64,000 nucleotides of DNA from the NCBI GenBank assembly GCA_964019335.1, contig OZ025711.1, positions 434,001-498,000 of the forward strand, read 5' to 3'. The position numbers and the translations under genes were made by a program. The notes below the pieces were generated by a model, which made no database searches, had not been told where the DNA came from, and saw only the letters and a program-made list of their open reading frames with translations. Within the stretch, counting starts at the first letter, position 1. Each line of letters opens with the position of its first letter. Below are positions 34,001 through 45,194 of this stretch, in pieces. The stretch is from Diplonema japonicum. Its lineage: Eukaryota > Protista > Euglenozoa: Diplonemea.

Positions 34001-36010
34001 ATCGATGACCTCGGCCTCGCCTTGAATTCGGAATTTCGAAAGGAAGAGCCTCACCGCTTCGTCAATATGCATCCCCGAGAAGTCGAAAGTTTCAACGAAA
34101 TCGCTTAAAACAGATTGTTGAAACTCACGCAGAACGCCTAAATACTCACCGATAGCGTCCTTCGACAGCCCGGGTTGTTCCAACAAAAATTTCGCGACGG
34201 ATAACGGTTCCTTCTCGAGGATCTCCGCATCCCAAAAGGCTTGAACGCCTTTCTTGGCGGACTTGTTGAACAGTTTGACGTAAGCCTGCACCTCTTTTTT
34301 GTGCGCTCTTGCTTTTTCAATGTCGGTTTCAACGTTGGAAACGGATCCAGACTGGCTCTCGTGGTCCGCGGCATCGGGGTTTTCCACATCGTCGTTGTTG
34401 GGGTGTTGCGACTCTGTCCCACCGTTGGTTACAACTTCAGCCTCGAATTTCTCGGTCCATTCCACTATGGAACGGAGGATCATAACGAGGGCTTTCAAAG
34501 CAAGCAGCCTCATATCTTGGTCTTGCTTGACAGATTCAACATGCGTTCCGGGGTTGCGGGGTTGGAGCATTCTTGACAAATGGTTCGTCATGACTTCAAA
34601 GATATTGATATCGCTGTCCATGTCACAGTCGTAGTTGATAAACACATCGAGGATTGTCTGCGGGTTCTCGCAGATTTTGTATATAACTTGAACGACAAGC
34701 ATTTTCTGTTGGTACGTGCTGTTCGCGGAGTCGAGGATGGCGAAGAACACGTTTTTGAAGAAAACACCGATCTCCCGTTTCAGGTGATCCTTGAAGTTCG
34801 TGATCAACGCGAGAAACAGTTTGAGCGAGATCCTGAACACCGGAAGATGCGGGCTGACACAGTTTTGCAACAACGACAGGCAAAGCTTCTTTTTGACGGC
34901 TTGCAAGAACCGTTCAGACGTCCGGAACACTGGTCCTGCTTTGGATAAAATGGTGAGGAGAAGCTCCAGGCTCAACATTTTCGATTTCATTTCAAGCGCT
35001 TCTTCGGACGCGCTGTCGGGGAGAGATTTGTCTGACAATTTACAGAAATTCCAGAATAGCAAAAAGGCATCTCGGTGGAGGTGGTTCTGAAACACCATTT
35101 TCTCAGTGTCTATGTCGGTTTCCGCGATCATCTTCTCACCCAGCCCAGGTGTGCCCGGTGCGATACTGGAACTACGGGATATACTTTGGGACGAGTCGGA
35201 CTTTTTAATTTTGATGGCGATCCGCTCGGCCAGAGCCCTGTCAAAGTCGAACTCCTGTTCGTTCATAGAGTTATCAACCATGACTTCGACTAGCTCGTGC
35301 AGCCACACAGACGGTGGAACGATATCCTCCTCCTTTTCAGAAACGCTTGTGGCGATCGAGGCATTGCTGACCTCGGCAACTCCACTGCTCTCCATTCTCT
35401 GGTACACAATATTGATCATATGATTCAAAGCTGCCTTCGCCGTCTGATTTGTAATATTATATGACACCAGGTAGATGTTGTAGGTGTTCCTGACTGCCAT
35501 GACTAGTGTCGACCCGTGTACACCGCAAGCTGGAGTTGACACCGCTGTCAGCAAAGCTTTGATTATTTGAAGCTGCACACCATCGTGAGTAAACGATGAG
35601 TTCGCGCATATCACAACTACAACGTGGTGGATGAATTGTTTTTCATGTTCCTTCTCAGTCTGTCCCCATGTTTTGGGCGCTTCCATCCATTTTGCGTTTC
35701 CATCCAGCTTCGGTGTTACCCACCTCATATCACCGCTTATGAAGGAGTACTCCATGAGCTTCTGCAGGCAGTCCAACGACAGCTCGATCATTTTGCTTGC
35801 TTTCGATTCCGCGGCAAGGCGAAGGGGCACAAAGCACAGCGACATTACGGCAGCCGGGCTCCCTTGGGTGTCCTTCTTCAAGTATTCCATCACATATTGG
35901 CAGCTCTCCTTCACCATGCTCCATTTTTTCTGGCTCGCGCAGAGCTGCGAGATCTTTTCCAGTGCCCTCGATACGAACATATTCCGCCTCTCGAGGTCAT
36001 CGGAAGCCAT
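31091..36010 (-). CDS. Large Sec7-domain ARF-GEF (BIG/Sec7 family)
   Basis: DCB and HUS (INYDCD) domains, Sec7 motif FRIQGEAEVID and SIIMLHTDAHS, HDS domains (FSLQKL, DSLRQLS, SGWKTIF). Confidence 0.95.
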   Translation of the reverse strand: MASDDLERRNMFVSRALEKISQLCASQKKWSMVKESCQYVMEYLKKDTQGSPAAVMSLCFVPLRLAAESKASKMIELSLDCLQKLMEYSFISGDMRWVTPKLDGNAKWMEAPKTWGQTEKEHEKQFIHHVVVVICANSSFTHDGVQLQIIKALLTAVSTPACGVHGSTLVMAVRNTYNIYLVSYNITNQTAKAALNHMINIVYQRMESSGVAEVSNASIATSVSEKEEDIVPPSVWLHELVEVMVDNSMNEQEFDFDRALAERIAIKIKKSDSSQSISRSSSIAPGTPGLGEKMIAETDIDTEKMVFQNHLHRDAFLLFWNFCKLSDKSLPDSASEEALEMKSKMLSLELLLTILSKAGPVFRTSERFLQAVKKKLCLSLLQNCVSPHLPVFRISLKLFLALITNFKDHLKREIGVFFKNVFFAILDSANSTYQQKMLVVQVIYKICENPQTILDVFINYDCDMDSDINIFEVMTNHLSRMLQPRNPGTHVESVKQDQDMRLLALKALVMILRSIVEWTEKFEAEVVTNGGTESQHPNNDDVENPDAADHESQSGSVSNVETDIEKARAHKKEVQAYVKLFNKSAKKGVQAFWDAEILEKEPLSVAKFLLEQPGLSKDAIGEYLGVLREFQQSVLSDFVETFDFSGMHIDEAVRLFLSKFRIQGEAEVIDATMEKFAECYTRANQSTFPNADTVYVLSFSIIMLHTDAHSTRIEKKDKMNKEGFIQNNRSIDSGKDLPSSFLSDIYDRVTAREFTLEGEEPASSQTKEAAMKSKKTGVFDSMADVFSSDGKKRMLNYAEESRAILEKSKALISGTKGQSFMKASKLEHAKPMFESAWTAMLPAFSVILEQCDTDQQSITDLCLEGFTKGIHISCIFYLDTERDAFVSALCKLTFLNNYREIEEKNIKSIKAVIEIASTEGAYLRSSWFAALKCFSQLERLQLLGSGAKPDFAFLNENSGAKHHKRATPQEAKLDTEKEKIRHFEQVNSLLIANHIDEVQISRIYNSTVDLSSEAIVFFVKHLCEVSAEEIEQSNPPRMFSLQKLIEIADVNMSRIRYVWGQLWSHMAKHFVRVGTNPQLSVSMFGIDSLRQLSTKFLEKRELTNYHFQRDFLKPFETIFQESRSIEIRELIVRCISQIVHGKADNVKSGWKTIFAVLALAAADKDEQIVVLAFEAVNHVTTNLSSLVVGADAFVDAVNCLTSFTCNTLSPSTAHQSVKYLQRYADEVGSELDTEIKEADMESPEDRAQLRVWFPVLGLSTGASQHPDLNVRLASLSTLFEVLKTHGSKFTPGMWKIMLSGAVFPIFDNALCDLALSIVIQEQSDPADVEKNTSVIQAGLTFLVDLFATFYPTLRQLLGEVLNIVLSCLKKPVPLNIVSQGMTAFIDLLSDHCDITAIEGGRGAVHGVEEGKTFRGMEKEVLESDFFTAPEWSVVTAKLVGVFEAKMLGKREATAEEIKKIDDVTTRREPIPSATVQSHYRALLDLLDMQSRLIKTLAVQWDKDTVLAMLSCLEMTHTSPLLPEGQPSGLEQPLANKCEEKALNHHLDCLSALYATQHAELVLPIMLRLVSDVIIRPAPRWQWIVIKAISCLVELPSEVFSDMLPSYYPRMLELINSPSEHVREATKKFFEKVGGFAMKA

Positions 36011-36145
36011 CTCTCTCTCTCTCTCCCCTCCACCTACCTACCCCGGATGGTGATTGGGTTGTGTGCATAAACAATAATTGGAATAATTTTTTGAATTCTT
36101 GTGATCAAGTAAAAAAGATTATACGATTCACTCTCTCCCTTCCGC

Positions 36146-37450
36146 TTAGGCGGAGTTCTGGATGTCCTTCTTCCTGGTGCCCATGAACTTGGCACGCTCG
36201 GCCTGGGTCTGGAAGTGACCGTGACCCTGCTTGGAGCTGGTGTCGATGAACTTAAGGTTCACCTGCTCCTGAGCGGCCCTGCTGGTCTGAGGGGCGAGAG
36301 GGCGACGGAGAGTCAGAACACGCTTGACAGGCCCCGGAACGGAACCCTGTTGAAGTGATTACAGTGTGGAAAGAGAAACAAAGAAAGAAAACAAAGAAAA
36401 AAAAGAAATCTGCGTACCTTGAGCATGACGTACTCGTTGTTGACGACACCGTAGTGGGGGAAGCCGCCCAGAGGGGTGATGTGCTTCTCGGTGATGTCCA
36501 TGGAGGTGGTGGCGTTACCCTTCTCGCACTTGGCAGCGGCCTCACCCATTTTGTAGATCTTCTTGTTGAGCTCAGTCCTGTGGTGGAACCCGTTCTGACC
36601 GGCACGGGCCACCGTGTAGGCCACACGGGACGGATGCCAGGCACCGATACAGGCGACCTTCCTCAGACCTCTGTGGGACTTCCTGGGCAGACGGGACACA
36701 CCCCACCTGTGGGTCACACCCTCCATACCGTGACCCTTGCTGACGGCGATGACGTCGCACCTCTCGGACTCCTTGAACACCTGGCCAACGGTCACCTGCT
36801 GCTCGAGGAGGCCCTGGGCGAACTTCAGCTTGTCGGCCATGGACCCACCGTTGATCTGGATCTCAGCGACGTAGGCCTTCTTGCTGCCGAGCTTCAGCTT
36901 GTTGGGCTGAGTGTGGGCGAGCACCCTCAGGACGGTGGCGTTCTTCTCAATGCGGCTGTACATGGTCTCCCTGGCCTCCTTGTTCTCCTCGAACTTGGAG
37001 GTGTACTTGGTGAAGGCCTTCTTCTTGGCGGCGTACCAAGATTTGTAGTACCTCCTCAGCATGCTGTCGGAGAGCTTCTGGGCCCACAGAGTGGACACGG
37101 CCCTGAGACCCCTGGCGGTGGGCTTGTACCCAACGATACCCACAACAACCATCTCGGGGCAGTCCACAATGGTCACGGGCTCGCAGACCTCCTTCTTGTG
37201 CATCTTGGACCCGGCACGGTCAAGGTCACGAACAATGTGGGTCATACCCGCCTTGTACGCCCTGTTTTGATTTTATTTCCTCAATTTTTTTTTTTTCCTC
37301 TTTTACATACATGAACGCGGTCAGGTGGGGAGCCTGGGTGGCGTCGTCCACAGGGAAGGACCTGACACGGCCCCTCACGTGACGGCACCTCTTACGGGGA
37401 AGGTAACCCAAATGCCCGTGACGGGGCTGCTCGAACTTACGGTGAGACAT
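36146..37450 (-). CDS. RPL3: 60S ribosomal protein L3 (uL3), 3 exons, 394 aa
   Basis: [52 protein letters not shown]. Introns 37262-37310 and 36347-36417. Confidence 0.97.
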
Positions 37451-37557
37451 GTTTTGGAGAAGAGATGAGAACTGCAGAAAAAGTTTTAGGGGCCCCCCAC
37501 GTTCGACAAAAAAAAAAACTTGTATTCAAACTCAAATTAATATTTTCTTTCTTTCTT

Positions 37558-37586
<29 letters not shown>

Positions 37587-37591
<5 letters not shown>

Positions 37592-38441
37592 GCGGGGAAA
37601 TCTTGGGACATTCAGGGTTAGTGATACGCATCCCGGATTTGGCAAGCTCGCGTTCCGCTTCGGGGTCGATGCGTTGCGCTTTCAACTCTTTGATGAAGGT
37701 GACGACGGGTGGGTACCCAGTGATGTTCCGAATGGTGAACTCTGCCCACTCCCGCAGCCCCGAGTTCTCCTCGTCGACCTTGGTGGCGGAGAGAATGGAC
37801 GGGACGAAGCCCTGCTCCAAAAAGGAGGCCGTAGTGCTGTTGTTCTCGTAGGTGACATTTGCAACGCACCTCATAATGCACGTTTTGTAGCCCTCACCAT
37901 ACCGCAACAGCTCGACCTCCCGAGGTATGGTGTACATTGCAACAAGGGTGCTGAGGACGCCTTCTTCAAGGAGAAAATCTTGAAGTTTTTGAGTGGTCTG
38001 CGAATCGCAGCAAACTGCCAAAGCTTCAGCGATAATTGTGAATGCGTAATGGACAGCTTCTGCATCGTTCACTTCTTGAGAAGTACACGGAAGGGGCGGC
38101 ACTACTGACGAACTGTGATAATGCGAGTTTTTCTCGTGTATCACCGCAAGTACCTTCCCGCAAAACTGGCACATCATTTTGAGTACTTTTGTTTTGAACG
38201 CGCTGCGCAGTTCTGCGGTGGGGGAGGCGTGGCGTACCACACCTTCCCAGTCCTCTTGTGCAGCTTTGTGCCGATCGTTCATTTCCAGTGCTGCTATTTT
38301 CAAAGGGTCGTACTGCTGTGCATGGGTTTGCAGGCTGTCCATGTGGATCGCAATCGTCTGCAGTGTTGCTGCCTCGTTCACCAGCGGACCCCTCGTTTGC
38401 TCCCACTTCGCGTCTCGTTCACTCATCCAGTCGTCAGCCAT
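37587..38441 (-). CDS. Ataxin-10 domain (ARM-like) protein
   Basis: C-terminal YKTCIMRCVANVTY...ILSATKVDEENSGLREWAEFTIRNIT matches the ataxin-10 motif (D-x-x-N-x-x-x-x-E-W...I-R-N). Confidence 0.75.
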
Positions 38442-39119
38442 TTTTTTTTTCTTTTTTTTTTTTTTTTTTTTTCCCCTAGAAGAATAAAAAAGTAAAAATG
38501 TAAAAAAAAATAAATAAAAATATCATGCCACATGTCTTTTTTCTGTTTTTTTTTTTTTGGGCTTGCTGCTTCACATATGGGGGAGGGGGAAAAAAATAGC
38601 AAGCACCTACAAGAATATAAAAAAATAATAAATAAAGGGGATATAATAAAATTTAACGTCGCGTTTTTTTTTTTTCTTTTTTTTTTTTTTTTCTTTTTTT
38701 TTTTCTAGGAAACGGAGGACGGGAGAGAGAGAGAAATGGTATTTTTCTCTTCTTTTTTCTCTCTCTTTTTTTTTCCCACAAACCGGCGGGTCGTTGGCCG
38801 AAAAAAGAAGAAAAAAAAATTAAAGAAAAAAAAAACCCCCCACCGTACGGGGGGGAGGGAAGATTAAAAAAAAAAAAATACTTATGACTATGTCTTTGTT
38901 GTACGCACGAGCAGGGGGGGGGGGGGGGGTGGATCTGCGAAAGTTCTTTTTTTTTTTTCCCCTCTTTTTTTTTTTTTTCTTTTTTGCTCGGCACACGTCG
39001 CATATAGTTATAAAAAATTTTTTTTTGTAACAAAAAAAAAAAATTCAGCGCTCTCGGAAATTCCTGTCGCTTGAACCAAAAGTTGGGGGAGGGGGGGAGG
39101 GGATTTTTCTTCTCATCTT

Positions 39120-40523
39120 TTACTCCAGCGCTTTTTTAAGCTCCTTGATCTGCTCCTGAACGGCCGACTTCGCCGTCCCTCCAACAGCATCACGACGCTC
39201 CACTGACGTCTCAAAAGACCAAACTTCAGAAATGTCCGCTTCAAATTTAGGAGAAATCTCCTTCAACTCCTTCAAAGGCACCTCAGCAATCGAAACACCT
39301 TTATCAGCAGCAACCCTGACTAGCGTTCCAACAAGATGATGGGTTTCTCTGAACGGCAGTCCTTTACGAACAAGGTAGTCCGCAACATCCGTGGCGAGAA
39401 TATCATGAGAAAGTGCTTTTTGAAGGTTTTTTTCGTTCACAGTCATCGTTTCAATAACACCGGTCAAAACCTTAATACAAAGCGACAAGGTATCAGCGGC
39501 ATCAAAAACACCTTCTTTGTCCTCCTGAAGATCTTTATTATATGTGGAAGGCAGGCCTTTCATGCACAACAAGATTCCCTGAAGGGAACCGACAACTCTC
39601 CCAGGCTTCCCCCTGAGAAGCTCCATTGAATCCGGGTTTTTCTTCTGCGGCATCAACGACGACCCGGTACTGTAACGATCGGCAAGGGTGATGAAACCGA
39701 ATTCAGCAGTGCAGTATATGCAAAGGTCCTCAGCGATTCTAGACATGTGAACCAGCATTAAACTAGCGTTGAAAAGAAACTCCGCAACAAAATCTCTGTC
39801 GGAAGTAGAATCCAACGAATTCTGTGTGGGTTTTTTAAACCCGAGATCATCGGCTAGCGCCTGCCTGTCGATTCCGAACGGGTTTCCAGCAAGCGCGGAA
39901 CCTCCTAAAGGACACATTCCCAATCCGAAATCCGCGTTTTTCATTGCAGCAAAACGTTTCATATCTCTGAGCCATGACCATGCATGGGCGAGTAACCAAT
40001 GAGACCATCTAATAGGCTGAGCTCGTTGGAGGTGAGTGTAACCCGGGAAAATGAGATCGATGTGTTGCTCAGCCCGTGTGATGGTTGTTTTGATAAGTGT
40101 TGTCATGAGGCCTTCCAATGAATCGATCTCATCCTTGACCCACATTCTGAAGTCCACGGCGACCTGGTCGTTGCGGGATCTGCCGGTGTGGAGCTTTCCG
40201 GAGATTTCTTTTCCGATAATATCTCCGAGTTCTCGTTCGTTTGCGGTGTGTATGTCCTCGTCACCGTGTTGGATTTTCATGGTGCCGTCTCTCCATCGTT
40301 TTCTCACCTCGTTCAGGCCGGTTTTTAGTTTTTTGCCCTCATCGGGCGTGACGAGTTTCAGAGAGACGAGTTGGGTTGCGTAGGCCTCGCTTCCCTTAAG
40401 GTCCTGGTTGTACAGCCTTTGGTCATAAGGAATAGAATCGTTGAACTTCTTCATAACCGCGTCGACCCCTTCTGCAAATCGCCCGCCTTCTTTGAACAAT
40501 CCTCCTCGAGTTTTTTTGGACAT
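39120..40523 (-). CDS. ASL: Argininosuccinate lyase
   Basis: HTGRSRNDQ, GYTHLQRAQP, GSSLMPQKKNPD, YNKDLQED. Confidence 0.97.
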   Translation of the reverse strand: MSKKTRGGLFKEGGRFAEGVDAVMKKFNDSIPYDQRLYNQDLKGSEAYATQLVSLKLVTPDEGKKLKTGLNEVRKRWRDGTMKIQHGDEDIHTANERELGDIIGKEISGKLHTGRSRNDQVAVDFRMWVKDEIDSLEGLMTTLIKTTITRAEQHIDLIFPGYTHLQRAQPIRWSHWLLAHAWSWLRDMKRFAAMKNADFGLGMCPLGGSALAGNPFGIDRQALADDLGFKKPTQNSLDSTSDRDFVAEFLFNASLMLVHMSRIAEDLCIYCTAEFGFITLADRYSTGSSLMPQKKNPDSMELLRGKPGRVVGSLQGILLCMKGLPSTYNKDLQEDKEGVFDAADTLSLCIKVLTGVIETMTVNEKNLQKALSHDILATDVADYLVRKGLPFRETHHLVGTLVRVAADKGVSIAEVPLKELKEISPKFEADISEVWSFETSVERRDAVGGTAKSAVQEQIKELKKALE

Positions 40524-41906
40524 TTTTTTTTTTTTTTGGGATTTTCTTTTTTTTTTTTTTTTTTTTTTTGGTTACGGTTTCGTTTTTAAAAAAAAAAGGG
40601 GGGGGAGGAAAATGGATATAATAAAAGAACGAAGCAAAAGAAAAAAAATATATATATAAAAGAAAAAGAAAAAAAAAAGGAAAAATACCTGTTTCTTTTT
40701 TTTTTCTTCTCTCTTTTTTAAATTCTCTTGAAGTTTTCCCACTAAAATCCTCGTGCAGCCGACTTTTTTTTTTTCTTTCTTTTTTTTCCCCCCAGGCAAT
40801 TTCAGAAGAGTGGGCCAAAAAAAAAAAAAAAAAAAATCGGGCCCCTGGGCAATTATTGGGCAGTCCTCGAAGTAGATTTTGTTGAATAATAAATGGAAGA
40901 AAAAAAAATAATTCTTTATGACTATATGGTCTTTGTTGTTCGCACGGTTTTTAAAAAGCTGCGAAAGTTTTTAGAAAAAAAAAAAAAAAAAAAAAAAGCT
41001 GTTTAGATGGATCCTCAACGTTTCAGCCCGACACAAACTCCTTGAATTCAGACACTTATCTTCCCTTCCCTCACTTTTACAGTAAACTTCAGGGCCTTTA
41101 GAGTACGTGTACGTCAAATCGGGAAAATCTTTAAAAAAAAAAAAAAAAAAAAATCTCTCCCCCGGCTGCAACAAGGCTTGGTGGGTTATTTTTATTTTTT
41201 TTTATTTATTTTTTTTTTTTGTTGTAAATGAAAAGATCTTTTTAGGTGTGTAAAATGCGGGGCGGGGGGAGGGGGTGCTGCTAACCTCTCTTAATTATTA
41301 CGAAAAAATGGACCGGCCCCGTTTATTTATTTTTTTGTTGTTGTTGTTGCCTAGCTTCGCTTCGCTTTAGCAACTCTTCCCCTATTGGAAAAAAAAAGGA
41401 AGCCCACAAAAACTTAAATATGGGGGGTCCTGGAGTAAAATTAAGAGGTCTGCAGAGGTGCTTCTTCTTTCTTTTTTTTTTTTTTTTATGCTATTCTTTT
41501 TTAGACATCCAATGCTTTGCGGGGATAAAAAAAAAAAAAAAAAAGAGGGGTAAATAATTTTGGGTATGCGCGTTGTGCGCCCACCGGGCCTCAGCCATGG
41601 TTTGTTTGTTGTCCAGCGTTGACTAGCCGTCTTTTGCTCGAAGTTGAGGGCGATCCTTCCGGTGGGCCTTCTCGGAGGGGGGGGAAGAAAAGGCAGGATG
41701 CGTATATGGATATTCCAGAGGTGAGAGGCACAAATATCATCCACAGATTGTCGAAGGACATAGGGCATCTCTATCTTGGTTTTCTCTTTTTTTTTTTAAT
41801 CGGAATAAAAGGGGCACAAAGCTATTTAAAATTGCTAAGTGTTTTTTTTTTTCTTTTTTCTTTTTTTCCTTTTTCATGACATCGTATTCTAAAGTGATAA
41901 CTCTTC

Positions 41907-41961
<55 letters not shown>

Positions 41962-42056
41962 ATACACTTTAGAGATATGAAGCGAGAAAAAAAAAAAAAG
42001 GATCCCCCTTTCTCTTAATTGCTGCGCATATGAAAGCAGTTCCTCGTTCTAAACTG

Positions 42057-42089
<33 letters not shown>

Positions 42090-42617
42090 GTTCCCTTCTC
42101 TCTTTCTTCAAAAAAAAAGGATGGAAACATAAATTTTCCACAAGATTTTCTACTTTCAGCCTATTTAATCTCCATACAAGTCAAAAAGAGAGGATACTTT
42201 TTTTTCTTTCTTTCATTCTTCTTTTTTTTTGTTTGTTTTATGTTCTAACTTCTTCTTTTTTAAATGTGTAAATAAGGGAGAGAGAGAGAGGGGCGAGAGG
42301 AGAACGGGAGAACGGGGTGGGGGAGTGTCTTTTGTACTCACCTGCAGGTATGAAATGCTGTATCATTCTTCAAAAAAAAAAAAAAAAACCTCTTCTTTTG
42401 TCCGTGTCGCTTTCTGCAGAACGCAATGTCTGACCAGCCTTGCAAGTGTACAGCTCATGGGGAAGTTGGGGGGGGGGGGGGGGGGGGTGAGTCAGGCTTT
42501 ATTCGGTCAATATCGGATTTTTTCTTCTTCTTCTTTTTCCCCCCTTCGAAGCCAGTGCTTTTTTTTTTTTTTTTTTTTTTTTTTTTCACTCTTCGTCATT
42601 TTCTTCACTCACTAGGG

Positions 42618-43080
42618 GACTCATTATTTAACGCGAAATGGCCATTATTTAACTAGTTAAATAATGAGATTTTGGAGTTAAATTATGGGGCCTCAGAGTG
42701 AAAAAATGGGTCTTGTCGTGGGAAAAAAATGCACCCAACCCCTTGAAATTCTTTTTGGGGTGTGGGTATTTTGACTATTTTTGGCCATATGAGGCCATTC
42801 CAGCCCTTAAAAGTGGGAATAAGTGCCTTACTTCCCCTTTAAATGCCACGGCGAAATAGCTACCCTGTATTACCTTAGGAAAATCCCTAAAAAGCTGACC
42901 TGCGTGAAAAAAAACAGCTGTGAAAGCAGTGAAGAGTGAGTGACTCAAATGACGAAAAGTGAAATAAAACGACTTACTTGCCGCCAAATGAGCCATTATT
43001 TAACACTCGTTACCGTTTTTTTGCTTAGGGCCCTCGTGCAAAAAATTCGGGAACTCGAGTTAAATAATGACTCATTATTT
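42618..43080. repeat. Element carrying repeated and inverted CATTATTTAAC motifs (MITE-like or protein-binding array)
   Basis: 19-bp imperfect inverted repeat 42618-42636 / 43055-43073 (17/19); perfect 24-bp palindrome 42643-42666; further copies near 42677 and 42994. Confidence 0.55.
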
Positions 43081-43246
43081 GTTGGCAATAAATAGCTATT
43101 TTTTTTTCTCCTTCCAGGATCGGCTGTTTTTAAAAACGGGGGGGGGGGGGGCAGTTTTTTTTAGCCTCTCCCAAAAAACCTTTTTTGCATGCGGCACAAC
43201 ACAAATACTTTTGTTGTCCTTGCGGTGCAAAGCTTAAAGCCGCGTG

Positions 43247-43277
<31 letters not shown>

Positions 43278-43842
43278 TTTTTTCCTTCTTCTTCTTTTTG
43301 ACCCTGTCTGTACGAAAACACAGAATCCCGCAACACCGACCAATCATCAAAAAACCGCAAAAGCAAAAACCGGCAAAAAAAAAAAAAAAAAAAAGCGCTA
43401 GCCAAGGGGGATGAGGGAAAACACACGTATTTTTTTTTTTCCTTTCTTCTTCTTTTTTTTTTCCTTTTTTCGCGCCCTCTTCTTACTATCTCTTTGGGCC
43501 TCTAATCTGAGTTTTTAAATTTCCTAGGGTTATTGAGGTGACCTTCAAAAAAGATTATTTTTTTTCCTCTCCCTTTAAGGAAAATGCTGTCAGCCGAAAC
43601 CCGAAGGGTAAAAGAAAAAAAGAAAAGATCGATTTTATAGCAAGTATGCCGTTCTTTACTTTATGGAAAGAGTGTGTCAGGGTATAATCAATGAAAGGGA
43701 GAGTGTTTCTTCTTTTTTTTTTTTTTATTATTATTTGTTTTGTGCAAGCTTTTTTTATTTTTTTTTTATTCACTCGTGCTACCCTTCTGCTGCAAGTCTG
43801 AATAAGTCACTGGCAAAGTGTTACAGTATTTCTTTCTTTCTT

Positions 43843-43880
<38 letters not shown>

Positions 43881-45194
43881 GCAATATATATTGAGGGTTT
43901 CTTTTTCCTTTCCCCCCCTGAAGTACGAAAAGACACAAGTGATGGGAATATGCAAAAATTAAAAAAGAGAAAAAAAGAGGAAGAAAAGAAAATAGAAAGG
44001 GAAGCGCAATCTCAGTCCTGCTTTGCGCGAAAGGGGGGAGGGGGGCAATAAAACTACAAAAGAAAAAAAGAGAGAGAGAAAAAAAAACAGCGCGACTCCT
44101 TATGTTGCAAAGTCAGTTTTTTTTTTTTTTTCAATATTGCTTGCCACAACACTTACCATAAATTCCCTTTTTTTTCCCCCCTCCGTGGCCCTTCTTTTTT
44201 TCTTTTTTTTTTTTTTCTTGTTGATTAAAAAAATATATTCTCACATGCCCCGTCCCCTTTGATATAAATCACTCCAGAAGGGAAAAAAAAAAAGAGGAAA
44301 AAAAAATCAGGAGGTCGACAAAATCAAAAAGACGGAAAAATTAATTTTCTTTTTTTAAAATCGCCAAAAAAAAAAAAAAAAAAGAGACTATTTAAGGGTG
44401 CCTGCAGTATGTGGCAGGGCAAGTATCGTCTACTTGATTACAGGGGGCGCGCCTCGGCCTAGTTGTAGCTTCTTCTGCGTTCCGCGTCGTGTACTTAATG
44501 CGTGCGGTGTGCAACTCAACCCCAGCCATGGTGCCCCTGGTAACCAAGATTCTGAGCCCGTGCAGTTTGCTGCCTGTTCGTCACCCTGAGCATCTTCCAC
44601 TCGGGCGCTACCGGTGATGACCGACGTGGAGGTCAACAGCGAACAACACATCTGATGTACTTCTTTATATTTCCATATTTCTGTGTTGTCCCCACCACCC
44701 AAAAAGAAGGGAAATAAAATCAGATGCTTATAAAAGTGAAAGGCAGCACGGTTTCGATAAAGGGTTACAAACTGGCAGTACTGTGAAATAACGGGGGAGG
44801 GAGAAGGTTTTTTTAACAAAAAAAAAAAGAGAATCAAGGTTCTGAAAAGTAGATCACCCCCTCTTTTTTATTTTATTTCCTGCGTTTTTTTTTTTTTTTT
44901 TTTTTTTTTTTTCCTTCTTTTTTTTTTTCTTTTTTTTCTTTCAAATGCCTCATTTTAATATTATAATATACTTCTTCTAAGTTTTCTCTCTTTAGAAAAA
45001 AAAAAAAAGAAGCAAGGGGGGGAAACCCTTACAATGCAAATAAAAAAGGGTATGGGTAAGAAGTGATGAAAGAAAAAAAAAAGAAAAAGACACAAAAAGA
45101 AATTAGACATAATTGTGCACAGTTAATTAAACAAAAAGAAAAGCCCTCTAGAAAGAAAGCCCAAGAAAAAAAAGGGGGGAAGAAAAAAAAAAAG

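Noticed and set aside
42618-43080. CRISPR array
   Set aside because: Motifs are short, in both orientations and irregularly spaced, in a eukaryotic context with no cas genes.
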